A stretch of 63,465 bases of DNA, filler included, from Platydemus manokwari (lineage: Eukaryota), in NCBI GenBank assembly GCA_037951405.1. It is 5 parts of 5 records of this genome, joined end to end, with 100 filler letters (N's around TTAATTAATTAA, not from the genome) between each part and the next. Parts side by side here need not be neighbours in the genome. Positions count along the whole stretch, not along the records: positions 1 to 11,131 come from JBBMOY010892199.1; positions 11,232 to 24,145 come from JBBMOY011911386.1; 3 more parts are not named here. One strand, written 5' to 3'. Position 1 is the first letter of the stretch. Every line of letters starts with the position of its first letter. Positions 1-12,015 of this stretch are shown piece by piece. The notes under the pieces are model-generated. The model was not told the DNA's origin, made no database searches, and worked only from the letters and a program-made list of their open reading frames with translations. Position numbers and translations under genes: made by a program.

Positions 1-945
1 TTTGTTTTACTAAGCTTAATCCTATTTGATACCACTACTGACTTAATCAGTCTCTATGAGTTCTTAATTAAGGCCACAGGTGTAATATACCTTATGTTGT
101 TGTTCTTTCACCTCGCACAACCTCATTGTGTGATGACAATAGGTGTGGCAGTAGTTATACGTTTTTCTTAACCTAATTATCAGTCTCAAATTTAATAAAA
201 CTATAACTATTTAAAACTTTTATCTATGTTAATAACAATGGGTAACAAATTTACAATTCCTTTATAAATAATAACTAAGATTTATTATTACAAAGATTTA
301 TTAGCAAATAACATCAATACAACAACTGGTTAACAATAACAATATAAAATAACAATGGATTTTAAAACTACACTATAAATCAAATTATACTTTTATAAGG
401 ACCTTATAACTTCCTGAAAAAGTACGGTTAACTATCTCCAACTCAAGGAGTAGAACCTTTAACTTCAAGATCTTTGAGCAAAACTCTGTAGTATGAAATT
501 CAAGATACAGTATATAATATAGATCAGTTATTTACAGGTACGGTCTTACTTTGTGTCTCCCAGCAAATGCCGGGCATATACAGGAACAATTGGTCTTCTG
601 CACCTGATGATCTTCTTCAGTGGGTTAAATGGAAGTTTCAATGATGGGTCTTCTCCACTTGATGTAACGACAGACAGCGATAGTAACGGTAACAACAGAA
701 TTTACAGCGAAAAATTATGTCCTTAAATTGTGTTGAAAAGTAATGTCCGTGTTGATTGAAATCACTGCCTTATGTAGTTTTTTCTCAAGAAAGCGAAGGC
801 CATAAATATACACACAGATTAAATAAAAATTAACACAATAAAAATTAATACACATTATATACGTACTGTCATGCAAATGTTATACACATATTTTTCAATG
901 TATATTAATTGTTTTTAAGTAACTAGTTGGGCCAGAACCCCAACA
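1..945 (-). mobile_element. Dispersed repeat family A, probable solo LTR (cut by window start)
   Basis: Collinear similarity to 38576-39688 (aagcttaatcctatttgata..aatcagtctctatgagttcttaattaa vs aagcttaattctatttaata..aatcagtctctatgagctcttgattaa); ends in ccccaaca; TATA-like box on the - strand near 770; no ORF. The repeat is seen directly; the LTR identity is inference. Confidence 0.6.
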
Positions 946-1218
946 CAATTGTTACATAATAAAAACTAAGGCACAACAATAAGGACAATTCACAGTCGAG
1001 ATTAGTATTAGGATATGCCCAGCATTCTACTGAAAGAACTAACAGTATGATACTACATTGAAAATCACATATAAGTATATATCACTTATTTTTCCTTTTT
1101 ATCGAGCGTAGCTCAAATACCTTTAAATAAACATTTCCACAATATCAGAAAATTGTTTGTTTGTTTTACTATCTTACTTAATTGTATAAAAGTGTTAAAC
1201 TTTTAATATTTAGTTACA

Positions 1219-1245
1219 ATATATATATATATATATATATATATA
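1219..1245. repeat. (TA)n microsatellite
   Basis: Direct observation. Confidence 0.95.
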
Positions 1246-1247
1246 GG

Positions 1248-2465
1248 TGTTAAAATGAGTTCTTTATATTCGTTTAGCATTTAGCTTGTAGGATTCACAA
1301 ATTTATCACTAAATATTTCATTATCACTAATCATCTTTTGGAGTTGTTCTGGTGCATTATTAAATAAACGGAGACTGATAGTAAAGAATAAATAACAATG
1401 TCTAGACCGCATAAGTGGTGGGAATAGGATTCAAGTCACACTAAATTATTAAATTCCCGTTCCACTTATCTTCATATAAGTTGAGAATGTCGAGGCAAAA
1501 AACATTAAAATAAGATCTAATTGGTACTTGAGAGTCAAACGGACTCTATGGACTGATAAAGTAGTAATTAGTGATCAATCAAATAATCAATAATAATAAA
1601 CCAAAATAAAATAAGACCACGAAAAGTAACAAATCAATTATATTCACAAACAAGTATTTTAGTTAATAAATTTAAGTCCGCTACAAGAACTTCAAGTTTG
1701 TTGCCGTCTTTTTATGAGCAAGATTTCTGATTTTGTCGATCCTTATACCAAATTTTGGTTAAAAATAATTTTCTATTATTCATAATCCTGAATAATTATT
1801 GATTAGTATGAAAAATAATGTCTCGTATTATTCGTTTATATTAATAATCGTGTGATAATTATAATGTTTTTCGTTATCTAATAATTTTTTGCAATTGTTA
1901 AATTATTTTTTATCCTTAATAATAATAGTTTTTTGTATTTGTTTTAATTTCAGCATTAAATTATTTTTCTTTTATCCTTATTATACTTTTTATAATTTTA
2001 GAAAGTTATTTATGAAAAATTTCATTCACAATATTTACATAGAATATTTGTTCATTGCGATTATTCAGAAAGTTAAACATAGTCAACTACAAATTTTCAA
2101 AATGAAATTTACACATTTACAAAAATAATCATTAATTGGGAATCATTCCGGTTGGGATTGTGTGATCTGAATTTATGTTGAGACTTGTTGAGGTAATTGT
2201 AGCTTTTGGCAAGATTGGTGTCGAGATATTTGAGAAATTATCTTCTGATAAGCTGAGGACTGAGATGTTTGAGAAGATAAGGACTCCATTTCTTTATATC
2301 GGTAAGAATGCAAACATAAACAATCCATGAATTAAGAACCCAGAAAAAGAAACCCATTGAGTATTGAAGACTAATAGAAAATAATCACAACAATTATTAT
2401 TCTAGCCAATAAATATGTACGAAATAGAAAATATACAATAAATTAAATTAGAAATTATATTCTAC
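1248..2465 (-). mobile_element. Dispersed repeat family B, probable solo LTR
   Basis: 1248-1640 aligns by eye with 54901-55290 (ttctggtgcattat, ttatcttca-ataagttgagaa-gtcga, aacggactc); 2240-2300 resembles 60950-61030 (gataagct..gaggactgagat); starts TG; right end approximate. Confidence 0.5.
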
Positions 2466-2594
2466 AAAATATAAAGTAATTAGCGAATTCCATAGGGAAT
2501 ATTGATTTATATAAATATTAAATAAACGCCTTCAAAGGGTGATTTTTATTTTGTTTACTGCTTTATTTCAAGTTGTTTTCGCTATAATTTGCTA

Positions 2595-3538
2595 CTGATT
2601 CTTAAGGGGCTTCAATAAAGGGTATGAGGACCACTCTATTGGAAATATATTTACCATTGAAATTTTTAACGCTAAAGATGTTGATTTTGACTGATGCGTT
2701 TAAACGTTGAAATTATGAAATGACTGAGTATAAATTGTTCTGAAGTTAAAAATATATATTATTCAATTTTAAGTACTATAGTGATCGCTGTTCAGTAGTC
2801 ATATCGGGTTATTATATCAAATTATTCAGAAAATAATATCTATCGCAAAATCTTTATTAATGAAACAAAAAGTAAAATAATCTAAAAATATTGAACAAAA
2901 AAATTATTAGCAATATCCAACACGTCGTGAAAGCGATTAGTTGGCAAGTCCAAAGCGGATAGAGCAGAGGGCAATTGATAGAAGAATTAATTTCAAAACC
3001 AATTATTATTATATGAAACATTATCTATCTAAAAATTCCTTACTCCGCGCAGTGATCAAATCCGAAATTTGACATTATTCCTCGAAGCATCAATAATCAA
3101 TTAACGGGGAATTTATTGCAGGAGATATTGGATTTACCGCACAATAAACAAGGAATTTGTAGGAGCTATTGTCGGATTTATGCTGGCTACTTGCTGAGGC
3201 AACGTGCCGGCCATTTCGCAAATTTTTGTTGTTTACAATTTCAGACGTTACTGTTGCTTTTGCTTCATTGAATAAATCTTACTAACACCGCTGTTACTTT
3301 TTGATTATTAATAACATTGTCAACACCGCAGGGGTTAACGTAAAGCTAATAGAAATTTTATTGATAATAATTTATTTATAACTACTCCACGTCGGGAGAA
3401 TAATCAATCAACTTTTACAGGCCCACAACGGTGTCATCGTCAAAGGATTCAGTCAGTGTCTGACCTTTAGATAGCACTAACATTAATTTTTCCAATAGCG
3501 TGGTCATCATACCCGTTATTGAAGCCCCTTAGAACCAG
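2595..3538. mobile_element. Non-autonomous TIR element (MITE-like), ~945 bp
   Basis: ~50-bp imperfect terminal inverted repeats: ctgattcttaaggggcttcaataaagggtatgaggaccactctattggaaa (2595) and ttttccaatagcgtggtcatcatacccgttattgaagccccttagaaccag (ends 3538); TSD and superfamily unresolved. Confidence 0.8.
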
Positions 3539-3572
3539 AGATAAAATCAAATCACGCAACCAACAAATTAAT

Positions 3573-3573
<1 letters not shown>

Positions 3574-3606
<33 letters not shown>
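3574..3606. repeat. (AAT)n microsatellite
   Basis: Direct observation. Confidence 0.95.
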
Positions 3607-3608
<2 letters not shown>

Positions 3609-3979
3609 TTGCGATGAAATTAACTAAACCTATTCAATTTGTTGCCATTTGAGTTTCGATTGATGTGAATCAATTTAGTTTTATCTTGTTCCGGTGTTAT
3701 GCTTTTGAATGTTTTAATTAAGTTGTGAGTTTTTCTCTGTTAATTGGGTCTCAAACCAACATGCTATCGTTTGTTTTAATCGATCTCTCAAATGAATTTA
3801 AAACCCAACGACCAAAATACAGTTTAAATTCCCATTATTAAATCAATAATAATACGGTTTAAACAATGTGCTGGCCGTTGTATTTAAACATGATTTAAAC
3901 ATTGTCTATAAAAAGAAAAACAATTATTTCAACACACATGCACGTTAGAAATTTAATCAACAAGATATGGTTCAGATAA

Positions 3980-5960
3980 GAAATATCAGTGTCATTAATA
4001 TAGATTTGAAAATATATTTTCACAAATTCGTAATGACTCCAAATTCTTCAATTTTTAAATGATCAGAAATTATTCAGAAATTTCAATGATATCGGATAAT
4101 GAGAAGTCACAAATAAAATCGATAAAATTTTTATCAAATCTCTTTACACAAACCCATATCGATCTTTCAATTTGAATTGGGCGTCTTGGTGCGGAGTGGA
4201 TTCAGATGTTGGAATTTGAGCATTTGATGATTGATTGATGAGATGGCTGAATAGTTGTCTGCTTGTCTGACCTGCTAGTATAACAATCAGATAATTTTAA
4301 ATGCTGTGCTTGAAAACAATGTTTCTTGGTCTTCAGGTCATAGAAAATATTTGTGTTGAATTTACGTGCAAAACATGAAATTTTAAATTATTTTTAAATA
4401 TATTTTTGTTTTGTTGGTGGCTGCCTTTGATAGAACATGAGTGTTGTCTTTTATATTAGCTTCAAATTATGATACTTCCCTATTTTTATCCTTCAAATAT
4501 TGATCCGAGAAATGAAAAAATGAAGCCCTTGCTCTTCATTTTGTAATTTCTTTACTTCGTTTTTTTTTACTTTTTCGTGTAGAACTTCAATAAATCGTTT
4601 CAAACCATAACAATAGTTTGAATATAGTATAATTACTTAGTTATTGAAAATCACTGTTTCGTTACGAATTAACCTAATTCATTTTATTAATTTATCAGAT
4701 AAGTTATTGATCCGAGGATGGGGGTGGTTTGTAGTGAATGATAAATATGAAATGAATATACATAATGGGGACAGCTGTAAATATTAAATAACTCTATCAT
4801 ACACAACAATAACGATTATGGGGTTATCGATGTGTATTTCTTGCAATGCTTGGTCTTGATAATCCATTTAGATTCATCCCAATAAATTCAACATGCGATA
4901 ATTAATTATTTTACCATCGTATTTGTCCATGATGATGAAGGAGTAGTTAATCATAGGATTAATTAAATCGCTTAGAATTTCACTGAACCGATGTGAACGA
5001 AATCAGTTAAATTATTTTGCTAAGATGGATGGTGTACGTTTGTAAGGTGGTGAGGTGGTAGCTCTTTATCATCTTTTTCAATTAATGCTCCTGGATTAAT
5101 GATATCATGTTACTCCTTGTCGAGATATACTCCTATAAGCATCACACATGCGAATTATGAAGCGAACAGCGAATAATATCATGGCATCAGTAGAGATGGT
5201 GCTAATTGTGGGTTTTGTTTCCAGGCTTAACATTGTAATTATCATTATCCCTATTATATCCAGCGAAACACGAAAAAAGTAGACCAATATTATCTAAAAG
5301 ATATCGCTACATTAACCATTATCTTAGATATGGATTGTTTCATTCGTCTCAACCACTTCTTCAACACACCAATTTCCTTTTCATCGAAAAGTATAAATGT
5401 TGATCAAGCCAATCTTTTCTCACCAATTCACAGACCCAAATTTTCTATGCCAGCATCGGTAATATTCCAATGTTTCTCGACAAACATAACAGAACCAGAT
5501 GATGCTCATAATCGAAGAATATATCAATACATTCATTCCACAAATCATACAGATGATACAGGTATTGAGATCCACCATTGAAAGTGACCAGCTTTGAACC
5601 AGCACCCGGTTGATTTCGATTGATTTCAATTTCATTTAATGAGTTCATTTCCTCGACGAATATGTTCAATTTCTCCTCTCAACTCCCTTAACATCCAGAA
5701 CTTGTATCAAGTTAATCTATATAAATATGTCTTCCATTTCCATGGAGCTTATGTGAGTCGCTCTCTTAATTTCAAATATCGAAAATATCGATTAAATTGT
5801 GAAACGCATCAATGGTGAATAGATCGTTTACATGGAGTTCAGCAGATTCAGAAAGAATTCAAAATAGTTTATCCAGTATTGGCGTGAATATTTTTATATC
5901 GACCTTGATATTGACAAATCCAATTGCAGATGTGATATTCCATCGTGATTGTGAGAATAT
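3980..5960 (-). pseudogene. POLE: Degenerate DNA polymerase epsilon catalytic subunit (exonuclease + polymerase region)
   Basis: Collinear fragments in shifting frames: FILFDEKEIGVLKKWLRRMKQSISKIMV (~[29 protein letters not shown]), AGYNRDND then MLSLETKPTISTISTDA (~LGYDPVELD..MATEQPQTLATYSVSDA), LIFTAVPIMY (~LIYHLDVGAMY), RRPIQIERSIWVCVKRFDKNF (~[23 protein letters not shown]); many stops and frameshifts, catalytic Asp residues lost. Confidence 0.6.
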
Positions 5961-6043
5961 GAAAATTGAATTAATTTTTCGAAGATTTAATTTGATATAA
6001 AATAATAATAATTGGTTTAAATAATTGGATTAGAATATAATTT

Positions 6044-6191
6044 NNNNNNNNNNNNNNNNNNNNNNNNNNNNNNNNNNNNNNNNNNNNNNNNNNNNNNNNN
6101 NNNNNNNNNNNNNNNNNNNNNNNNNNNNNNNNNNNNNNNNNNNNNNNNNNNNNNNNNNNNNNNNNNNNNNNNNNNNNNNNNNNNNNNNNNN
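6044..6191. other. Assembly gap (148 N)
   Basis: Run of N. Confidence 0.99.
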
Positions 6192-6259
6192 TATCTGGTT
6201 TTATTTCATTTTACTTTGCTCCATGTAATGTTTATTTTTATTACATTATACATTATATT

Positions 6260-6690
6260 GAGGACCCACCTCAACTAAAATCTCAAGAACTGTTATGGCA
6301 ACAATATCAAACAGCTGTAATCTCCAAAAACAGATAATAAAAAATAACAGCGAACTAACGAGATTCAGCATGATAAATTTATAACTTGATAATTAACGTC
6401 AATTCGCAGGAGTATTTGCTGATTCTCTAATCTAATGTTTCTCTCCCATCATAATATTCAATCTCATTGCGGAAGCCCTTCAAAGCATTTATCGAATTAG
6501 TAATATAGAGAGAGAGATTATCAAACAGATGATATTATACTGTATTACATTACATCAAATCATATCCAAATTCCGCAATTATTATTTGTTATATCAAATT
6601 AACAAAATCAACATCAAACAAAAGTTTTCTCGTCATTTAAAATTTCCAGATTTACTTCAAACAATGCCTGTACGAAACATCGAAATCATT
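6260..6690 (+). pseudogene. Possible degenerate UVRAG C-terminal fragment, inverted relative to the UVRAG-like exons at 9951-10307
   Basis: Ordered short matches SHCGSPS (~HKGSRS), RERDY (~KEREF), PDLLQTMP (~PDLRQTLP) with stops and frameshifts; each match is weak alone. Confidence 0.3.
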
Positions 6691-7274
6691 AATTTTTATT
6701 CATTCTCTTTAAGAACAGGATTTGTATTTCCTCTGTCATTATGAAAGAACAATAAAAATCCTTCTCATTTTCTTCAGATTATCTGGAGTTTATTAAGATA
6801 AGATTTTGTTGTTGTTGTGAAGTCAATAAAACTCATTTCATGAAATAATAATAATATTAGAAATCGATATTAAATTAACAAATATTCAATTCATTCTTTC
6901 TACAAACGTCGTATTTTATTTCCATTTTTGGTTTCCTTGGTTTCCTTATTCATAGTTTTTTTCCAGATTTTTTACAATTATTATTCTTAATCAATAAATC
7001 AATAAAGTTTATCGATGTGGTAATAATAAATGAAAATAATAAATAATTTTAAAAGTGTGCTTTAGTTATTATCAATTAAAACAAAATTTTGTAAATAAAT
7101 TTTAAAAATATATGAAATAATAAATCAATAAATGAGCACTGGTGACATTCCAACCAATGTTCCTTCTAATTTATGCAAGCCTCTGCGCACAATGCTTAGT
7201 ACTGTGCAAAATTATGACAAACTGAAGTACACTGATGTACACTGTGAGCACAAGAATGAACATCAGACAAGAAA

Positions 7275-9275
7275 ACAATTTATTCATTTTATAGACTCTT
7301 TATTTCTTTACAAGACTAATAGTGGGGACAAAATAAACCGTTAAAGTTAATGCTATACGCTACAATTAAAAAAAGCTTAAAGCACATAAATTGTACGTTC
7401 TACTTTTTGTTTGAGTCATTTGTGTACAAACATTCTAATTCGTCTCTCTTCTGTCTTTTGCTTGTACCCATTTTTATATATATTTATACCCAAATGTACA
7501 AGCTTAATTTGTATGTACAATCAGATTTTATGCCAGCATTGGCAAGCCTTGAAATTTACATTTCAATCTGCGCGGCCACAAAAAATACAAAACAAAGCAA
7601 TTCATTCAACAAGCATACACATCAGTCATTCATTATGGTTCCTCGTTGCCGATATAGATATTCGAGCAGTGCAAATGCCAGATTCTTGCCGAGTATCTTA
7701 TTGAGTTGATTGATAATTTTGCTGCAATGGCCAACAAGTCATCTTCGGGTATTCTCATCTTTTTTGAGTGTTGATAATGAGCTGTTTGGAATTGTCTCGA
7801 GAGAACTGACTATTATTGTCAGCAACTCGACCTTGAATCGTGGTTTTGCTTCTCTTATTTTTAATGCCAAACTTTGATAGTGGGCTTCATTCCTCAATAT
7901 TGCTGTAGCGATTGTATTGGGTTGATCAATTGGGCACTATAAATCAGTAAGGTAGATTATTTTCTTTGACACGTTTTCAATATAGATATCGATGCGCATT
8001 CTGGACTCGTCACCACAACCTTTGAGATATGGGATTATCTCATTGATTGTATTGCATGATATATGATCTTTAAACAAGCATCGTGTCTACTGGAAATGAG
8101 TGTGCTGTTTAGTATATACACTTGAAGGACATGTGCCATTATTTCTTCTTGTGCTTGACACCTTCTGTATTTCCTCTTACTTGGATCTCTATTCATTGGT
8201 CTCGCGTTGACTGGAAGTGTGTTTGTTCTGACTTTATGAATGAAGTTCCAGGCAAACGGACCAATTTCACCACTGTAGCTTAGCTTGTTGAGCTTGGTGT
8301 TGTGGCTCACTGTTTGGCATAGATAGTTGCTAGCGTTACTTGTCGTCCATTGCAGTAGGTAAGATATGTGAACGGTTTCGTGTAGGATTTTTGTGATTTG
8401 TTTAAGATGGCATATTTGTATGACTGATGTTATTATTATCTGGCATCTGTAAATCTGATATTGAAGAATCCATATGCACATTCGAATAAGTTTGTTGTTT
8501 TGTGGGTAGCTTTGAAATATGTGATTGATCTTCTAAACTCGGACCCACCATGTTTTGCATGCATATTTGTTTGATTGCGGGTCTACTTGTCCATTTAGCC
8601 ATTCTAATGATTGGTTTGTTGTTGCGTTTTTTGTTCTGAGACGAGGACTAGCTGCAAACCTCAGTGAATTTCTGATCAGTTCAGCGACACTTTCATCTCG
8701 CGAGTTTAAAAGCTTGAATGCTTGTACAATTTGTTGGAGATTGTACTCGTCATAAAAATCTAGTAGTCCTGCACCTCCGTTTTTCGATGATACATACAGA
8801 TAGCAGTTTTGTTATTGGTTTGGTACTGCTACAATTCCCTTCATGATTTTTCGAAGCTTTGTACTTGGGTTTCCGAATCATGTGTTATTTTGTCCATTTG
8901 ATGGTTCTTGTAAAACATTCCTCTTTATTTCCCTAGTTCGAAATGGAAATGTACGTCTTGGAAGGAAGAATGTTTTGGCTGCTTTTAATTTCTGATGTTT
9001 GTGGAGTTCAGATGCATTTATTGCGCTTGCATCGTCGATGAACTGTTGGATGATTTTGTATGGATTTTGATCTACTTTGTCTCCAACAGGAACTCCAAGA
9101 TAATCATAGAATTGTTCAGGTTCAAGTTTTTGAATGAACTTGCCATCAATTGAGATTCTGCTGGTTTTTGATTTATCGTCCGGTATTGTTATGTACGCAC
9201 ATTTTGATAGCTGAAATTGCAGATTTATTTGTTTAGCAGCTTCACTAGCTGTGTTGAGAAGTGCTTGCAGATCTT
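7275..9275 (-). mobile_element. 5'-truncated, degenerate non-LTR retrotransposon with restriction-like endonuclease (R2/NeSL/Utopia-type group)
   Basis: - strand reads DLQALLN..NLQFQLSKC..YDYLGVPVG (late RT domains), GGAGL (thumb), AWNFIHKVRTNTLP, decayed CCHC knuckle RRCQAQEEIMAHVLQ, SRHD, endonuclease RIDIYIE..YLTDL*CPID, C-terminus SARIWHLH; AATAAA signals near 7280-7300; internal stops. Confidence 0.88.
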
Positions 9276-9279
9276 ATGC

Positions 9280-9657
9280 CATCATTCTTTTTTACAATTG
9301 TTTTTCCTTTTCCTTCATTATTTCATCAGACGGTCTTCCTGGTCACAACCTAGTGGATTTATTTCCAGTTTCTTCCAACTTCCGTTTCCATAATGTTGTT
9401 GAAATTCTTGACACAACTCTGGTACACTATTGCATGACTAACTAAAAACACTCTATCCGCAAGCAAAAATTTAACATTACCAGGTGCTCCTGCCATATTG
9501 TAATAAAGTAACTGATTAATAAGATATAAGAAATAAATTACATTAATCAGTGAATAATAATTAATAGCAATGAGTATAAATATGTGAGTATAAATTATAT
9601 TGTTTTTTGTTGTTTTTATTTTAGTTTAAGAGACAGGGACTTATGAATCGCACGGTA
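9280..9657 (-). mobile_element. 5' end of a Tc1/mariner-superfamily transposon (rosa/DD41D-like N-terminus)
   Basis: MAG..FLLADRVFLV, SVPELCQEFQQHYG, WKRKLEETGNKSTRL*PGRP resemble the N-terminal HTH plus GRP motif; TIR-like taccgtgcgattcataagtccc preceded by TA at ~9657. Confidence 0.5.
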
Positions 9658-9950
9658 TAATCGATTGTGAGTATAAATTAAATTGTTTTTTTGTTTTAGA
9701 GACGGATATTATTGATTTGAATTAATAAATAAAAAATAATTAAAAATTACATTATTTTATTTATTTATTTATCATTTTTTCTAGTTCAAAATTTTATATA
9801 AGAGAGAAAATCTAAGAAATACTCAATACTGAAAATTAATTTACATTAAATTTAATTTTTTAATTAATTATTTAATTAAATCGAAATTAACAGGAGAGAA
9901 TTTTGAATCGTAAAATTGTAACACCAGACTCTAAATAAACTCAAACGTAC

Positions 9951-10307
9951 ATCAGTACTGCGAATAGTGATTGTAGCGGGCCTCTGATCGTTGGTATTAG
10001 TGAGGTTTGACCAATCCGTAGGAGTGATTGGAAATATCTTGGCCAATTCATGAATCAATTGATACATGCGAAGCATATATTCATTTGATGTTTTCAAATA
10101 AATCTCCCTGTTCAGGAAAATGTTTAATGTTTCATATAAATCAAATTATTCCACAAATGAAAAGATTGTCTCACCGATATTGTTTCAATCGAACACTTTG
10201 TTTCGTAATGTCTAATTCTGTCTTTTCTTGATTTTCCAATGTTTTGTCTGTTCTTTGTTCTACAAGAATAGCAATATCAATGGATATCATCTCTTCATTG
10301 AAAAAAT
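9951..10307 (-). CDS. UVRAG: Two internal exons of a UVRAG-like gene (10307-10175, 10107-9951)
   Basis: Spliced via a 67-bp GT-AG intron: coiled coil then REIYLKTSNEYMLRMYQLIHELAKIFPI (~[28 protein letters not shown]); no downstream same-strand exons recognised. Confidence 0.65.
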
Positions 10308-11131
10308 CTATCTATCTATCTATTTATCTATCTATCAACAATCCATCGATAAATGTTGATAAACATAATGAGAATATAACAATAATTCAATAAAATAAGA
10401 CCATCAAAATAATTAACGTAATCCATAATTTACATCAAATATAATCATCAAATCCATAACTATAAATATAAACAAAATATAATCAACAGTATAAACATGT
10501 ATAGAGGGGATATTAGTCAGTATTTCAGCTTGGCAAATTTAACCTACAGTGTACCTTGTATTTTAATAAATCAATTGAATACGTTGTCTTTCATTGCAAT
10601 GTACTATACAGTTATTAAACAATTCAATCAAAAAATCTGAAAATAAACATCAAGGACCAAGATATAAATGAAAGTTATCAACGGAACAAAATGATATATT
10701 GTGTATATATTTATAAATAACTTGTAATTAGTCTTTAAAATGTTTACTGGTTTATATAAAATCCATATTTCATGTTCTTTTAATAATGTATTAAATACAT
10801 AACAATGAAACATTCCTATCGATAAGAATCATATTATATATAAAATAATTTTATAGACAAAAATCGAGAATGCCAAAAGTGGGTATCAAAAGTAACAGTT
10901 GAATTTTCCTACTGAATAAAGGCCGAGAAATTTATGGATACGTAAAATTTCAAAATAAGAAGTTTAACTAAACAATAGTCATGAAATTCATTTTTATTAT
11001 TCAGAACAGAGGATGGCTACAGTATTGGAAGTCAATATATTGTTTCCATAGCAAGTGAATCACTATTAAAGAGATTGGTACAATTTGAAAATTACATGAT
11101 CAATGGACTGCGAAAGTAAAACATGCGAAAC

Positions 11132-11231
11132 NNNNNNNNNNNNNNNNNNNNNNNNNNNNNNNNNNNNNNNNNNNNTTAATTAATTAANNNNNNNNNNNNN
11201 NNNNNNNNNNNNNNNNNNNNNNNNNNNNNNN
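11132..11231. other. Artificial scaffold linker
   Basis: 44 N + ttaattaattaa (stops in all six frames) + 44 N. Confidence 0.97.
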
Positions 11232-11439
11232 TATTATCATTAGCAATTATTATCATTCTAATAAATTAATAATTTATTTGAACAAATTATTAACATTTAT
11301 AATAAAATAATTATATATAATTACTAAATATTAAATATAATTAAATAAAATATAATTAAGTAATTATATTTAATAATTACAATAATATATAATTAATCGA
11401 TAATTATAATAAAGCACATATTTTCATTTCAATTCAAGA

Positions 11440-11900
11440 TAAACAACTATCTCCATTTTTGAAATCAAAAATCCAAAAAAACCTTTTGAATATTTTACAC
11501 TTTTTAGATGACATCTTGATATTAGGTAATAATCAAATATTATTCTCTCGTTAAGTAGAATTCTTTTCATTAAAAACAACTAAGAAATTATCAGAAATCG
11601 AAAATGATTTCAATCGATTATTATATTATTAATATATCCTAGATATTTTTCGATAATTAGGAAATAAAACATAAATCATATTAATTTGTCCAATGGAAAT
11701 TCATTGATAAAAGTACATGTCTGATTTGATTAAAAAACCAATCCCTGGTTTAATGATAAATTTCAAATTGCAAATCATATTCGACAAATCTCATGATAGA
11801 AAATAGACAAAATCAGAATTAACTGATAAAATAAAATTCCAGCTACATTTATCATCTGGATGAATTTACATCACTGACCAATGGAATTGTTGCACACACA
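11440..11900 (+). mobile_element. Degenerate reverse-transcriptase relic, Penelope-like
   Basis: HFLDDILIL followed ~40 codons later by SEIEND..YILDI, the spacing of the YxDD / FLD motifs of Penelope RTs; multiple stops. Confidence 0.4.
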
Positions 11901-11966
11901 CATACACGATTTCTGTTAATTCCAAAAATTGCGAAAAATACGATTAAACGAAATGAGATTTTGTTA

Positions 11967-11970
<4 letters not shown>

Positions 11971-12013
<43 letters not shown>
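11971..12013. repeat. (AAT)n microsatellite
   Basis: Direct observation. Confidence 0.95.

Positions 12014-12015
<2 letters not shown>

Noticed and set aside
1889-2128. Short Ile/Phe/Asn-rich ORFs here and elsewhere (e.g. 21467, 30569, 42340, 58334)
   Set aside because: Expected by chance in very AT-rich DNA; no motifs; several lie within repeats or in another frame of real genes
3980-5960. Stop-codon reassignment as the explanation for stop-rich genes
   Set aside because: Intact genes have no in-frame stops and end in TAA, TAG or TGA; the relics also contain frameshifts
10917-10930. 12-bp match to the U2 snRNA 5' end (ttctcggccttt, - strand) as a Utopia-type target site
   Set aside because: Too short, no further U2 sequence, and separated from the retroelement by UVRAG-like exons
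11176-11187. Recurring palindromic TTAATTAATTAA as a biological motif
   Set aside because: Always centred between 44-N runs; an artificial linker
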